A stretch of DNA of 64,000 nt. It comes from a virus. Below, piece after piece: positions 1 to 8,341 of the stretch (position 1 is the first letter of the stretch; every line of letters begins with the position of its first letter). Location: positions 1 through 64,000 of IMG/VR virus record IMGVR_UViG_3300045988_082153, one strand, 5' to 3'. A program made the position numbers and the translations under genes. The notes beneath the pieces are model-generated. The model was not told the DNA's origin and made no database searches. It saw only the letters and a program-made list of their open reading frames with translations.

Positions 1-44
1 AAGGAAACTGCGATAGAATATAAAACTGTCTCGTGCCATATAAA

Positions 45-428
45 TCAAACCTCTTTAATGCGGATGCCATGCACATGCAGCATGAGTTTCCGCTTGATGA
101 TATACTCCTTTGTTCTGACTCCCTTTGTGTCTTCCACGACGGTCTGCCCAGTAGCCTTGTCGGTATAAACGAAATCGGCTACATAAGAGCAGGGGCGTTC
201 GAGAAGAACACGTGTAGGACGATTTTTGAAATCTTTGCCACACTCGCCGTATTGTGCAGGTATCAACAGGTATGATACCTGCTCCCGAAGGTCGGAGATA
301 AGTCCGGCACGCTGCATCATGCGTAGTTCGCCAGCTCGGTAGTGCTCTTTCTTGGATGCGTGGGAGCCTACGCGCTTGTTGCCGTACTTATTCCGGCCTT
401 GGAAGGCAAAGGATGAAAACTTAGCCAT
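45..428 (-). CDS. DUF1064-like protein (PD-(D/E)XK-type nuclease fold, resolvase-like)
   Basis: 127-aa ORF. N-terminal KYGNKRV...SKKE..R..EL followed by YVADFVY...EDTKG resembles DUF1064 phage proteins. Confidence 0.5.
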   Translation of the reverse strand: MAKFSSFAFQGRNKYGNKRVGSHASKKEHYRAGELRMMQRAGLISDLREQVSYLLIPAQYGECGKDFKNRPTRVLLERPCSYVADFVYTDKATGQTVVEDTKGVRTKEYIIKRKLMLHVHGIRIKEV

Positions 429-873
429 TACTGCTTGTAGTATTAACCATGTAGCGGAACAAGTCCATTATTTTAGTTTCGTCAAGCGTGGCAATCTCGT
501 AGTCAACGAATGAGGTTTTCATGTGTTGAACAACCACCGTGTGGGCATTGTTGATGTCGGAAGCCTTTACAATGAAGTAAACCGCCTGTTTCTTTTCCTT
601 GGATGTTTTCTCGTCATAGGTTACGAACATCAACTTTGCCTTGAACCACTTGTCGGCAGAGTCAGCACCATTCTCGACAATCTCTGAGTAGTTGGTGCGC
701 TTGATAGTGACCACATCGAAGTCGCCCGAAATGTACGGCTCCATTTCCTTCGTGATGCGTCCCTCTGCTTCGGCAAACGAGCAAGCATCGACAAGGTACA
801 ACTCTGTGACTTTCTTAGACATTCCATTCGCCATAGTCCGCTCGTAACGGACACCACATTCATATAGCATCAT
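421..873 (-). CDS. DUF4494-like phage protein
   Basis: 150-aa ORF. YECGVRYERTMANGMSKKVTELYLVDACSFAEAEGRI...KWFKAKLMFVTYDEK pattern recalled from Bacteroidetes DUF4494 proteins. Overlaps neighbours by a few nt. Confidence 0.4.
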   Translation of the reverse strand: MMLYECGVRYERTMANGMSKKVTELYLVDACSFAEAEGRITKEMEPYISGDFDVVTIKRTNYSEIVENGADSADKWFKAKLMFVTYDEKTSKEKKQAVYFIVKASDINNAHTVVVQHMKTSFVDYEIATLDETKIMDLFRYMVNTTSSNG

Positions 874-1163
874 AGTGTGGCCTCCTTTCCTTCGTTGATC
901 GCCTTTACCAGTTCCTTGCTTGCACGGAGCTTGACAGACGTGTGGGCCGGGATAACCAGAGGCTTGCCGGACTTGAAGTTGCGTGCTGTGCGCTCGGCTA
1001 CCTCAACCGGGGTGAAGGTGCCGAAGCCACGGATAACAACCACTTCACCCTTGGCGAGTGCTTCCTTGATAACTCTGAGTGTGCCGTCGATGGCTTTCAC
1101 TGTTGTTGAGAGGTGCAGTTTCTCTGATACTGATACCTCACGTGCCAATTCATTCTTTGTCAT
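870..1163 (-). CDS. HU-family histone-like DNA-binding protein
   Basis: MTKNELAREVS...VVIRGFGTFTPVEVAERTARNFKSGKPLVIPAHTSVKLRASKELV is a typical HU/IHF fold sequence. The ATG at 1163 was chosen over the longer track ORF (to 1268). Confidence 0.85.
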   Translation of the reverse strand: MTKNELAREVSVSEKLHLSTTVKAIDGTLRVIKEALAKGEVVVIRGFGTFTPVEVAERTARNFKSGKPLVIPAHTSVKLRASKELVKAINEGKEATL

Positions 1164-1180
1164 GATAGATAAAATTGAGT

Positions 1181-1396
1181 TTATAATGTTTTTGCTATAT
1201 TGTTTTCGCCTGTCATAGGTATGCGCAGGTCGAGAACGTCTTTGTCTGTTGCGAGTCGCCACCGGCACTCTGTCAATTCATTCTTCTGTTCGTCGATGAA
1301 TTTTTCGCTTACCTCCACCTTCAGCGCATGGATGAATGGGAAGATCTTGATGATGGCGTAACGCCCGGTTAGATTTTGGCTTATAACCTGTCTCAT
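1181..1396 (-). CDS. hypothetical protein
   Basis: 71-aa ORF in an operon-like minus-strand array. No recognisable motif. Confidence 0.35.
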   Translation of the reverse strand: MRQVISQNLTGRYAIIKIFPFIHALKVEVSEKFIDEQKNELTECRWRLATDKDVLDLRIPMTGENNIAKTL

Positions 1397-1545
1397 TTTA
1401 TTTTCTTTTTTAATTTTTGGGTGAGTTGTCTAATACACCATGCACGGCATGAATTGCGCAGACCGTGCTGTTTATCGTAGAGAGCGGCCGCATCATCGAG
1501 ATACTTGATAATGCGCTGCAGGTCGGTCTTACATAGGTCAGCCAT
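1393..1545 (-). CDS. hypothetical small protein
   Basis: The ATG at 1545 (MADLCKTDL...) overlaps the helicase stop (1538-1540) by 8 nt. The track ORF extends to 1596 inside the helicase gene. Confidence 0.3.
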   Translation of the reverse strand: MADLCKTDLQRIIKYLDDAAALYDKQHGLRNSCRAWCIRQLTQKLKKKIK

Positions 1546-3007
1546 CGTCGTCCGGATTAAGGAAGAGTGACGTAAGCTGGTCGAAGTACATTTCATCCTG
1601 TGGAATGTCGTCGTCGGTAGCCATTATCTGGTTGGCGATGGACTTCTTCTTGTGGATGATGGCATAGAGGGTGCGGTCGATGGTTCCACGGCCAAGGAGG
1701 TAGTAACACGTCACGTTGTCCTTTTGTCCTATACGGTGTGCGCGGTCTTCGCATTGACAGCAGTCGGCATAAGTCCATGGGAACTCAACGAAAGCCACGT
1801 TTGACGATGCCGTGAGTGTTAGACCCACACCAGCTGCCTTTATGGAGCAGACAATTAGCTGTGCTTTCCCGGACTGGAACGCATCGACGGCAGCTTGTTT
1901 CATCATCATGGAGTCGCGCCCGGTAACAGATACAGCCTTTGGAAACGCCTTTTTTATCTCGTCCACAATCTCATGCAGAGAGCAGAAGAGAATGAGTGGC
2001 TTTCCGTTGGCGAGGAATGTGCGCGTGAAGTCGATGGCTTGTTTCACCTTGCCTTTGGCAGAGAGCGAGCGCAGCGTCATGAACTTAACAAGAGCCTCCA
2101 TGCGCATCTTGCGTCGTATGTCGATGTCGTCGCACTCGGTATATGTGCGCAGGTATTCTGCAAGGTCGGCTTCTGCAAGCATATACTCGTCGCGGTTGCT
2201 GATGTCAACGATAAGGTCGGTGCGCGTCTTGTCTGGTAGTTGGGTGAGTACTTTGGCCTTTTCGCGACGGATCATGCAGCGTGCATAGAGTTCTGCAGAG
2301 AGCCGGTCGAGGTTGCGCGGTGCGTCGTCTTCGTCTTTACCTCGTCTCTCCTTGCTTATCTCGCCACCGCCATACTCGGCAAGGAACTTGGCGCGTCCGC
2401 CAAACTCAGACAAGCGTCCCATTATGGAGAGCTGCGCTATGAGATCGGCAGGACGATTGACAACTGGCGTACCAGACAGCAATATGCGATACTCCTTGCC
2501 CTCAGCAATGCCACGCGCGAAGATGGTCTGCTGTGCTGATGGGTCTTTCACGCGGTGGCTCTCGTCAATTATGATAGAACGAAACAGTTTGATGTCGGGC
2601 GTAAAAACCACATCTTTCAGCCGGAACCCACCACGTGAGCCTCCCTTGATGTCCCACACGAAGTATTTGCGCAGAGACTCGTAGTTGACGACCGCCACCT
2701 GCTGCATGCCCATCCGGAGAAGATAAGGCCATGTGGTAAGCACGGAATTGTCGAGCACAAGGGCTTTCTTGTTGGTGAATTTCTCGAACTCGCGCTGCCA
2801 GTTGATTTTGAGCGAGGACGGACAGACCACAAGGCAAGGGTAAGCATTGGCACAGTCAACGACACCGATGCTTTGCAGCGTCTTTCCCAAGCCCGGCTCA
2901 TCGCCGATTAAAAATCGGTGCCAGCGCAGCCCGGCAAGTATGCCCTCCTTCTGATAGTCGTAAGGCTCGACGCGAAGGTTATGTTTCAGAGTTTCAGCCA
3001 TACGCAT
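1538..3007 (-). CDS. SNF2/RAD54-family helicase (ATPase)
   Basis: Motif I DEPGLGKTLQ, motif II IIDESHRVKD, SGTPVVNRP, and motif VI QCEDRAHRIGQ. Confidence 0.85.
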   Translation of the reverse strand: MRMAETLKHNLRVEPYDYQKEGILAGLRWHRFLIGDEPGLGKTLQSIGVVDCANAYPCLVVCPSSLKINWQREFEKFTNKKALVLDNSVLTTWPYLLRMGMQQVAVVNYESLRKYFVWDIKGGSRGGFRLKDVVFTPDIKLFRSIIIDESHRVKDPSAQQTIFARGIAEGKEYRILLSGTPVVNRPADLIAQLSIMGRLSEFGGRAKFLAEYGGGEISKERRGKDEDDAPRNLDRLSAELYARCMIRREKAKVLTQLPDKTRTDLIVDISNRDEYMLAEADLAEYLRTYTECDDIDIRRKMRMEALVKFMTLRSLSAKGKVKQAIDFTRTFLANGKPLILFCSLHEIVDEIKKAFPKAVSVTGRDSMMMKQAAVDAFQSGKAQLIVCSIKAAGVGLTLTASSNVAFVEFPWTYADCCQCEDRAHRIGQKDNVTCYYLLGRGTIDRTLYAIIHKKKSIANQIMATDDDIPQDEMYFDQLTSLFLNPDDDG

Positions 3008-3263
3008 TGATTGTGTGTTTTGATATCGTTATGTCGTAGCCATGTATGTATGCTTGCTTGCGCAAATCGGCGCATGAGAGCATGCAATGGCGAGCTTCCT
3101 TTGAGCGAGCGGCCATGCCTGAAGAAGAACGTACCCCCCAACCATGCCACCGCATGTATATCCGTAAGAGCCAGAGAACACAGCGAACGGACACATACGT
3201 CTGAGGCGTTTGAGCAGCTGGATTTGTGCTGTCTGTGATAATTTCTTTTTCATACTTTGTCTG

Positions 3264-3932
3264 TTACATAAGGTTGAAAGCCCAATATTGGAAGGCAAGT
3301 TCTTCGTACTTCTCGCGTCCGCGATTGTAGATGTCGTCGCCACGGTTGATGAACTTCTTGAAAATGTTGCAGTTCTTTTTGCTGATTGCGTAGATGAAGT
3401 CGCGGTCGGAATGGGCGATGTCCATGTACCATGCCCTGCTACGGTCCCAATCGAAGAAATCTACAGCATTGTCGAACTCCGCTTGTGTTGAGGCGAATGT
3501 CGTTTTCAGATCGCCGCCGAAGTTGGCCATTGGCAACCACCAGTCCCATTTGCAGCGTGTGTCCAGATGGAAGGTAAATCCCCCATTGCTGAACTCCTGC
3601 TGCTTGTTGACCATGAAGCGTTGTGTATCGGCATGTTCGAGCACCTTAGCGAGAAATGGGTCTCGTCGTGCTTCTGCACGCAGTGCACGCTGCATTTCGC
3701 GAGCGTGGAGGAACTCCTCCTCTGAACATTGTTCGCCGTCGATGGTCATGTGCAGGAAGTCAACACGCGAGGGTTCGGTGATGATGGCATCGACGATAGA
3801 CCCGAAGCGGAAAGCAGCCTCCTTGTCACCGAACTGCATGTGAGGGTGCAGCAGGTTCTTCAGTTCGGTGAGGTCAGAATTGCTGACCTCACTTCTCTGA
3901 TAGTATTCGTCCGGGTTGTTAATCTTCGTCAT
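3264..3932 (-). CDS. PD-(D/E)XK exonuclease, RecE/DUF3799-like
   Basis: GGDLKTT...FDWDRSRAWYMDIA...FIYAISKKN resembles the PDDEXK exonuclease VIII-like domain. It lies in the same early minus-strand array as the RecT-like gene, two genes downstream. Start set at ATG 3932 (MTKINNPDEY); the track ORF N-terminal extension overlaps the next gene. Confidence 0.5.
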   Translation of the reverse strand: MTKINNPDEYYQRSEVSNSDLTELKNLLHPHMQFGDKEAAFRFGSIVDAIITEPSRVDFLHMTIDGEQCSEEEFLHAREMQRALRAEARRDPFLAKVLEHADTQRFMVNKQQEFSNGGFTFHLDTRCKWDWWLPMANFGGDLKTTFASTQAEFDNAVDFFDWDRSRAWYMDIAHSDRDFIYAISKKNCNIFKKFINRGDDIYNRGREKYEELAFQYWAFNLM

Positions 3933-4230
3933 AATCGTCGTAATCAGGTTCATATTCAACTTCGCCCTCACCGTCGCACACCTCGCAGGTTTCCTTTTTG
4001 CCCTTGATACAGTACTTGTGCTGGGCAATAGCCTCTTCTTCCGTTTCGGGAAGCATATTCCATGTTTCTTCGGAACATTCTGTTTCGTAGTCTGCCTCAA
4101 AGTCGTAGGCGTACCAATGATAGCCCTTGCCGCCACATGCAGCACATTCGACCATCGTAGGCTCTCGTTCATTCCAAGGTGCGCGTGGGTCAGACTCCGC
4201 ACCGGCAGGATAATAACCACTCTCGTACAT
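3919..4230 (-). CDS. small acidic zinc-ribbon protein (two CxxCxGxG motifs)
   Basis: 103 aa. CAACGGKG and CEVCDGEG (DnaJ-type zinc-finger-like spacing). Very acidic C-terminus YEPDYDDYDED. Confidence 0.5.
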   Translation of the reverse strand: MYESGYYPAGAESDPRAPWNEREPTMVECAACGGKGYHWYAYDFEADYETECSEETWNMLPETEEEAIAQHKYCIKGKKETCEVCDGEGEVEYEPDYDDYDED

Positions 4231-4236
4231 AACTGT

Positions 4237-5457
4237 TTATTTAGCTTTTACTTCCTCATCATAGGAAACTGATGTTGAACTGATAAACTCCGGGTGGTCC
4301 TTGTCGTTAGCCACCTTCTCGCAGAACGTGATCTGCTTCTTGAATATCTTGGCGAGGTCTTCGACCGACATAAACTGTCCCTCCTTGGACCACCACATAG
4401 ATACAGCAGCGAGAACGCCCTGTGCGTCGTGGAAGTGTATGCGCTTCTTGACAGAGGTCTTAGGTTGGTAGCCAGCCGGAGAAACAACCGCTTGCTGACC
4501 GAACAGGTTGCCAATCTCGGAAGCCTCGGCTTGCATCTTCTTCTTGGCTGCTTCCTCTTCCTCTTTGCGCTTGCGCTCTGCCTCGATACGTGCGGCTTCG
4601 GCTTGCTCACGTGCTTTCAGTTCAGCAGCCATGCGTGCCTTCTCTTCCTCGTTAGCCTTCTGCATACGTTCCAGCTCTGCTTTCTTTGATGGCAGCATGT
4701 CGATGATGGAGTCACGGTATTCGGCTACCTCGAACTGAAACTGCTCACGGAACTGTTGCATGAGCTTGGAAAGGATGGAAGAACGAATGCCCGGCAGCTG
4801 GTCTCTCATGTCGGCAATTTCAGTCGGGATAAGGACTGTAGAGTTCAGCGTGTTTCCATAGTCAGCCGGAAGAGTGACGGGATATTCACGGATAGTCTTG
4901 CATTGTGCTTCGTAGTTTTCGAGGGTCAGACCGCTGTTGAGCTTTGTCAGCTCGTTTGTGGCATTGGTCGTATATACATTGAACTGACGCTTGAAGTCGT
5001 CCTCCACGTCCTGCTTGTAGCGGCTGAGAGCCTGTTCGCGCTGCTGACGGATAATCTCTTCACGGCGGCGGCGTTCTTCCTCTTCACGCTTTCGGGCTGC
5101 ATAGGCATTGCGCTCCTGCTGGATTTGATAAGGGATAGAACCGGTCTTGTTAGGATCGACAGAATTTTCCATGCCGGTGAACTCGGAACGTATCTGGTCG
5201 AATATCTTGGTGATGGCTGAACGGTTGGTGTTCATCTTCTTCACCGTGTTGCGAGCCTTGTTGATGTAGTTGGCACACTGCATATCCAGTTCGTCGTTCA
5301 TGCCGTTGGCCTTGATTTGTGCAAGGAGTTTCTGACCGTACTCGGTGCAACGCTCGGACGAGGTTGTGTTGTCCTTGTATATCTGTGGCGCGGATTGCGC
5401 TATCATCTGTACGTTCTCTTTGCGTACGATGGTGAGGTCTGTTGTCTGTTCGCTCAT
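4237..5457 (-). CDS. hypothetical coiled-coil protein (recombination-module associated)
   Basis: Start at ATG 5457 (MSEQTTDL). Long charged E/R/K/A-rich helical stretches (REEEERRRREEIIRQQREQA; EAARIEAERKRKEEEEAAKKK). Confidence 0.5.
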   Translation of the reverse strand: MSEQTTDLTIVRKENVQMIAQSAPQIYKDNTTSSERCTEYGQKLLAQIKANGMNDELDMQCANYINKARNTVKKMNTNRSAITKIFDQIRSEFTGMENSVDPNKTGSIPYQIQQERNAYAARKREEEERRRREEIIRQQREQALSRYKQDVEDDFKRQFNVYTTNATNELTKLNSGLTLENYEAQCKTIREYPVTLPADYGNTLNSTVLIPTEIADMRDQLPGIRSSILSKLMQQFREQFQFEVAEYRDSIIDMLPSKKAELERMQKANEEEKARMAAELKAREQAEAARIEAERKRKEEEEAAKKKMQAEASEIGNLFGQQAVVSPAGYQPKTSVKKRIHFHDAQGVLAAVSMWWSKEGQFMSVEDLAKIFKKQITFCEKVANDKDHPEFISSTSVSYDEEVKAK

Positions 5458-5476
5458 TGTTGTAAGTATTATAGGG

Positions 5477-6472
5477 TTAGAATGTATCATCGTCGTCGTT
5501 GGCGGCAGGATCAACGGTTACTCCTGCAGACGTGTCGGTCTGAGGTGCGAAGTCCTGCTTCTCTTGGATAATCTCGCCAGTGGAGGTGTCAACCTTCTCG
5601 CCATCACCGGTAACGCCGTAGATGTCGTCAGTGATTTCTGTCTCGTCAACCTGCTGTGACTCCAACTGCGTAGCACGACCGACACGTGCCTTCGGGTAGG
5701 TCTTGAAGGCGTGCTTGATGCACTTGGCAACGAGGAAGCCGGGGTCAATCTGTCCGCCTTGTGCTTCGTAGAGCGCATTGGGTTTACCGTTTTCCCACTG
5801 CTTGGTCTGATAGTTCCACTTGCCGTTCTGACGAGCGGAGTAGCTGGAGAGTCGTATCCAGTCTTCTGGCAACATGACTGCATAGTCGATAGAACCATCG
5901 GCGCGTGTGATCTTCATGAAGCAAGCAACGATACGACCGGTGGTGTGGGGAAGACGGCATGTGTAGTTGACGAATTTTTGTCCGTCGCGTTCGCCATACT
6001 CGAAGCTGTCCTCTTCGTACACGATAACCGGGTTGTCGGCGTGGCGTATCTGGCCGCAGCGTGCACGAAGCACCAGCTCGCCATATCCGGACACGGTGAG
6101 CATGCAGTGTGTCTCGTACTTGTTTTTCTTCTGTCCGTTGTCATAGTAGCTGTCAACGGCGACGGAGCGAGCGAGGAGGTAGGCTTGCGCCTTGGTGCCG
6201 GGGTCGAGGGTGAGTCCGGAAATTGCCACGTCGAGGAAAGCTGTGAAGAGCGAGAACTTTGTGCACGTCTTGCGCATGTCCTCTTTCTCAGAAAGCAGAC
6301 GGTTGAAGTTGCGTGACTCGCGCTCGTAGGCTGCTTCGCCTGATGTTCCGGTGGATGGTGTCCACATTGCCTCGTAAATCTGGATGAACTTGTCGCGTAC
6401 ATTGTCATTGCGAACAATCACAGTAGGTTCCATTGCGTTGATTTGCTCAACTGTAAGTCCTATCTTACTCAT
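5477..6472 (-). CDS. recT: RecT-family single-strand annealing protein
   Basis: Start at ATG 6472 (MSKIGLTVEQ). SLFTAFLDVAISGLTLDP...AYLL..., SGYGELVLRARCGQIRHADNPVIVYEEDSFEY and LVAKCIKHAFKTYPK match the RecT pattern. Acidic C-terminal tip DDDDTF. Confidence 0.72.
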   Translation of the reverse strand: MSKIGLTVEQINAMEPTVIVRNDNVRDKFIQIYEAMWTPSTGTSGEAAYERESRNFNRLLSEKEDMRKTCTKFSLFTAFLDVAISGLTLDPGTKAQAYLLARSVAVDSYYDNGQKKNKYETHCMLTVSGYGELVLRARCGQIRHADNPVIVYEEDSFEYGERDGQKFVNYTCRLPHTTGRIVACFMKITRADGSIDYAVMLPEDWIRLSSYSARQNGKWNYQTKQWENGKPNALYEAQGGQIDPGFLVAKCIKHAFKTYPKARVGRATQLESQQVDETEITDDIYGVTGDGEKVDTSTGEIIQEKQDFAPQTDTSAGVTVDPAANDDDDTF

Positions 6473-6511
6473 AGTGTTAAAAATTAAAAGATGAATATTA
6501 TTTGTTTGTCT

Positions 6512-6648
6512 GTGAGCCGCAGGTGGGAGTCGAACCGCACTAATGCACTCCGTGAGCATATTTGAGCCTTGTACTTCGGCTGTAACACGCCTTCTGTGGT
6601 TCCCGTTGCGCCGGGATGCCCTTTCCGATTAAGCATTCTATCTGCGGC
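6512..6648 (-). ncRNA. tRNA-like structured RNA candidate (not a canonical tRNA)
   Basis: On the minus strand, a 7-bp closing stem GCCGCAG/CTGCGGC (6648-6642 with 6521-6515). A GGTTCGACTCC T-loop-like arm lies next to the 3' strand. Internal helices AATGC/GCATT, TCCCG/CGGGA and AGCC/GGCT. Sits in a 184-nt ORF-free gap. Confidence 0.3.
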
Positions 6649-6656
6649 AGTTGAGG

Positions 6657-6929
6657 CTACTTTTCAAGGTAGTCTTGTTGTATCCTCTGCAATAGCCGCA
6701 GGTCGGCTGTACGGTATTCGACTTTGCCCGGACGCTTGTAGGCAAGGACTTTGCCCTGCTTGCGCCACCGCTCCACATTGCCACGACCGAACATCTGAAA
6801 AGCTTTGTTCTGGCTGATGAACTCGGGGTCGTTGGCATCCTGCTTAATCATGTGGACCACCTTTGCGGCCACATCATTGAGGAAGGTGGAGTAGCGTACG
6901 CACTTGTCGGGGAAGTTGAGGAAGTCCAT
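6657..6929 (-). CDS. helix-turn-helix DNA-binding protein (excisionase/MerR-like HTH_17 type)
   Basis: ISQNKAFQMFGRGNVERWRKQGKVLAYKRPGKVEYRTADLRLL resembles excisionase-family HTH proteins of Bacteroidetes elements. Confidence 0.45.
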   Translation of the reverse strand: MDFLNFPDKCVRYSTFLNDVAAKVVHMIKQDANDPEFISQNKAFQMFGRGNVERWRKQGKVLAYKRPGKVEYRTADLRLLQRIQQDYLEK

Positions 6930-7207
6930 TATAGTTCGCCCTCCTGTCGGCTCATTGGGTTTGGGGTCTCGTCGGCTTCATCGCACAGCTTGTCGAAGAA
7001 CTGAAGCAACCAGTCATGCTTGCGCCACTTGTTGAAGAGAAAGATGGTGAGAGCAAGCAGCAGGAAACCGAGGGCCTTGTCGAGGATAAGGTGGAAGAGG
7101 TACGCGAAGAAACTGTTGTCTTGCTCCTCTCCGAAAAGGAAGAGTGTTCCTGCGCATCCGATGATAAGTAGGATGCAAACGCGGATGATAGAATATGCTT
7201 TATTCAT
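6929..7207 (-). CDS. small membrane protein
   Basis: 92 aa with two hydrophobic segments (IIRVCILLIIGCAGTLFLF; ALGFLLLALTIFLF). Confidence 0.45.
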   Translation of the reverse strand: MNKAYSIIRVCILLIIGCAGTLFLFGEEQDNSFFAYLFHLILDKALGFLLLALTIFLFNKWRKHDWLLQFFDKLCDEADETPNPMSRQEGEL

Positions 7208-7338
7208 TTTTTGTTGTTATTAGTGGTTGCACATGGTGGTGTCTTTGCGTACTCAACGTAACGGTTGAGGAACATGCAGAAACAGCCGTTGAGAGCATTG
7301 AAGGACTGTTTGCAGGAGGTGCAGAACTTATTAGACAT
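7204..7338 (-). CDS. small Cys-rich hypothetical protein
   Basis: The ATG at 7338 overlaps the upstream stop (TAATG). The 44-aa product is MSNKFCTSCKQSF...GCFC. Weak. Confidence 0.25.
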   Translation of the reverse strand: MSNKFCTSCKQSFNALNGCFCMFLNRYVEYAKTPPCATTNNNKK

Positions 7339-7583
7339 TAGTTGTAGAGGTTTATGCCCAACTTGTTGAACGCCTCTTCTTCTGCAACGGATCCGCGCCA
7401 AGCGTCGAGATAATCGTTGATGGCTTTCTCGTTGTTGGCATCGGCCTTTTCGTTGTAGCCGAAGTCCTTGCAGAAGGCTGACCAGCTAATACGGTCGAGT
7501 TCTTCGTTAGACAATTGGGTTGAGGTGTTGCAGCTGATGAGGCTTGCAACAAGGAGTGCTGATGTGATGATTAACTTTTTCAT
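7338..7583 (-). CDS. lipoprotein
   Basis: Signal peptide plus lipobox MKKLIITSALLVASLISC. Confidence 0.6.
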   Translation of the reverse strand: MKKLIITSALLVASLISCNTSTQLSNEELDRISWSAFCKDFGYNEKADANNEKAINDYLDAWRGSVAEEEAFNKLGINLYN

Positions 7584-7601
7584 GATGGAGTGGGTTTAAT
7601 G

Positions 7602-7808
7602 TTACGAAATTCGGGTTGCTGTGATTGTGCGTTGCTCGCGGTTCGTCGTGGTGGTAAACTTCTTGTCCCACTGGAGTCCAAAGCTGACGCAAATCGACTT
7701 CAAGTAGCTTGAACGGCTAACCGATACTGTCAACTCTTCGCCGACTTCAAGGGCGTTCAACTGGCCCAAGAGCGATTTTTTTCGCTGATTTTTAGATGTT
7801 TCTGTCAT
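7602..7808 (-). CDS. hypothetical protein in Cro-like position (first gene of leftward operon)
   Basis: 68-aa ORF immediately left of the divergent switch region. No clear HTH seen. Confidence 0.35.
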   Translation of the reverse strand: MTETSKNQRKKSLLGQLNALEVGEELTVSVSRSSYLKSICVSFGLQWDKKFTTTTNREQRTITATRIS

Positions 7809-7924
7809 TATTTCGATATTTATTTATAACTTTATGCTGCAAAGTTAGACAATTGGGTTGATATAACAATACAATTGGGCAACTATTATTTGTAAATTAA
7901 GATATTTTAAGAATAGGGTTGCGT
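7809..7924. promoter_or_regulatory. Divergent switch region with repeated operator-like sites and a leftward TAnnTTTG element
   Basis: The 18-nt GTTAGACAATTGGGTTGA at 7844-7861 is repeated exactly at 7506-7523, with a partial ACAATTGGGC at 7871-7880. The core CAATTG is palindromic. The minus-strand TAACTTTG (-7 type motif) is the reverse complement of 7840-7847. Confidence 0.5.
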
Positions 7925-8341
7925 ATGGAAACGATTAACGACCGAATGGAAATGCTTGTAAATCAAAGATTTAACGGCAATAAAGCAGCCTTTGCAAAGA
8001 CAATTGGTTTGCCTCCCACCGGATTGTCTAACTATCTGGGGACAAAGAGGCGAAGCAAACCATCTGTAGAAATGGTTACTAAAATTGTCTTGGCGTTAGA
8101 TGTTGATGCAAGATGGCTGCTCACTGGAGAAGAAACGCCACAACAGCAAGGCGTGAATACCAACATGAACGGCAATGTGACCGACAGCAATGTGGCAATT
8201 GGTAGCCACAACTCTGTTGGCAATGTGACAGTTGGTGCTGATGTTGTTTTGTCTGAGCGAGTAAAGAGTCTTGAGGCTCTGCTTGCAGAAAAAGAGAGAC
8301 TGATTAAGGTTTACGAGAAGATGGTGGAGGGCAAGGTATGA
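7925..8341 (+). CDS. XRE-family HTH transcriptional regulator (CI-like repressor candidate, no peptidase domain)
   Basis: NKAAFAKTIGLPPTGLSNYLGTKRRSKPSVEMVTKIVLALDVDARWLLTGE is an HTH_3-like motif. Coiled-coil C-terminus. Divergent from the early operon. Confidence 0.7.
   Translation: METINDRMEMLVNQRFNGNKAAFAKTIGLPPTGLSNYLGTKRRSKPSVEMVTKIVLALDVDARWLLTGEETPQQQGVNTNMNGNVTDSNVAIGSHNSVGNVTVGADVVLSERVKSLEALLAEKERLIKVYEKMVEGKV

Noticed and set aside
3933-4220. N-terminal extensions of track ORFs (3264-4220; also 5477-6559, 870-1268, 9560-9649, 51582-51650)
   Set aside because: The extensions begin at non-ATG or far-upstream starts. They overlap neighbouring genes or the structured intergenic RNA, and their sequence is low-complexity. 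Internal ATGs give compact, non-overlapping gene arrays.
6512-6648. Canonical tRNA or tmRNA gene, or a tRNA 3'-half attP core
   Set aside because: The span between acceptor strands is 134 nt. There is no D-arm or recognisable anticodon arm, the T-stem has a bulged C, and there is no CCA. It is far shorter than a tmRNA (~350 nt). It is not adjacent to int, and a degenerate T-stem would not rebuild a functional host tRNA. It is kept only as a tRNA-like ncRNA candidate.
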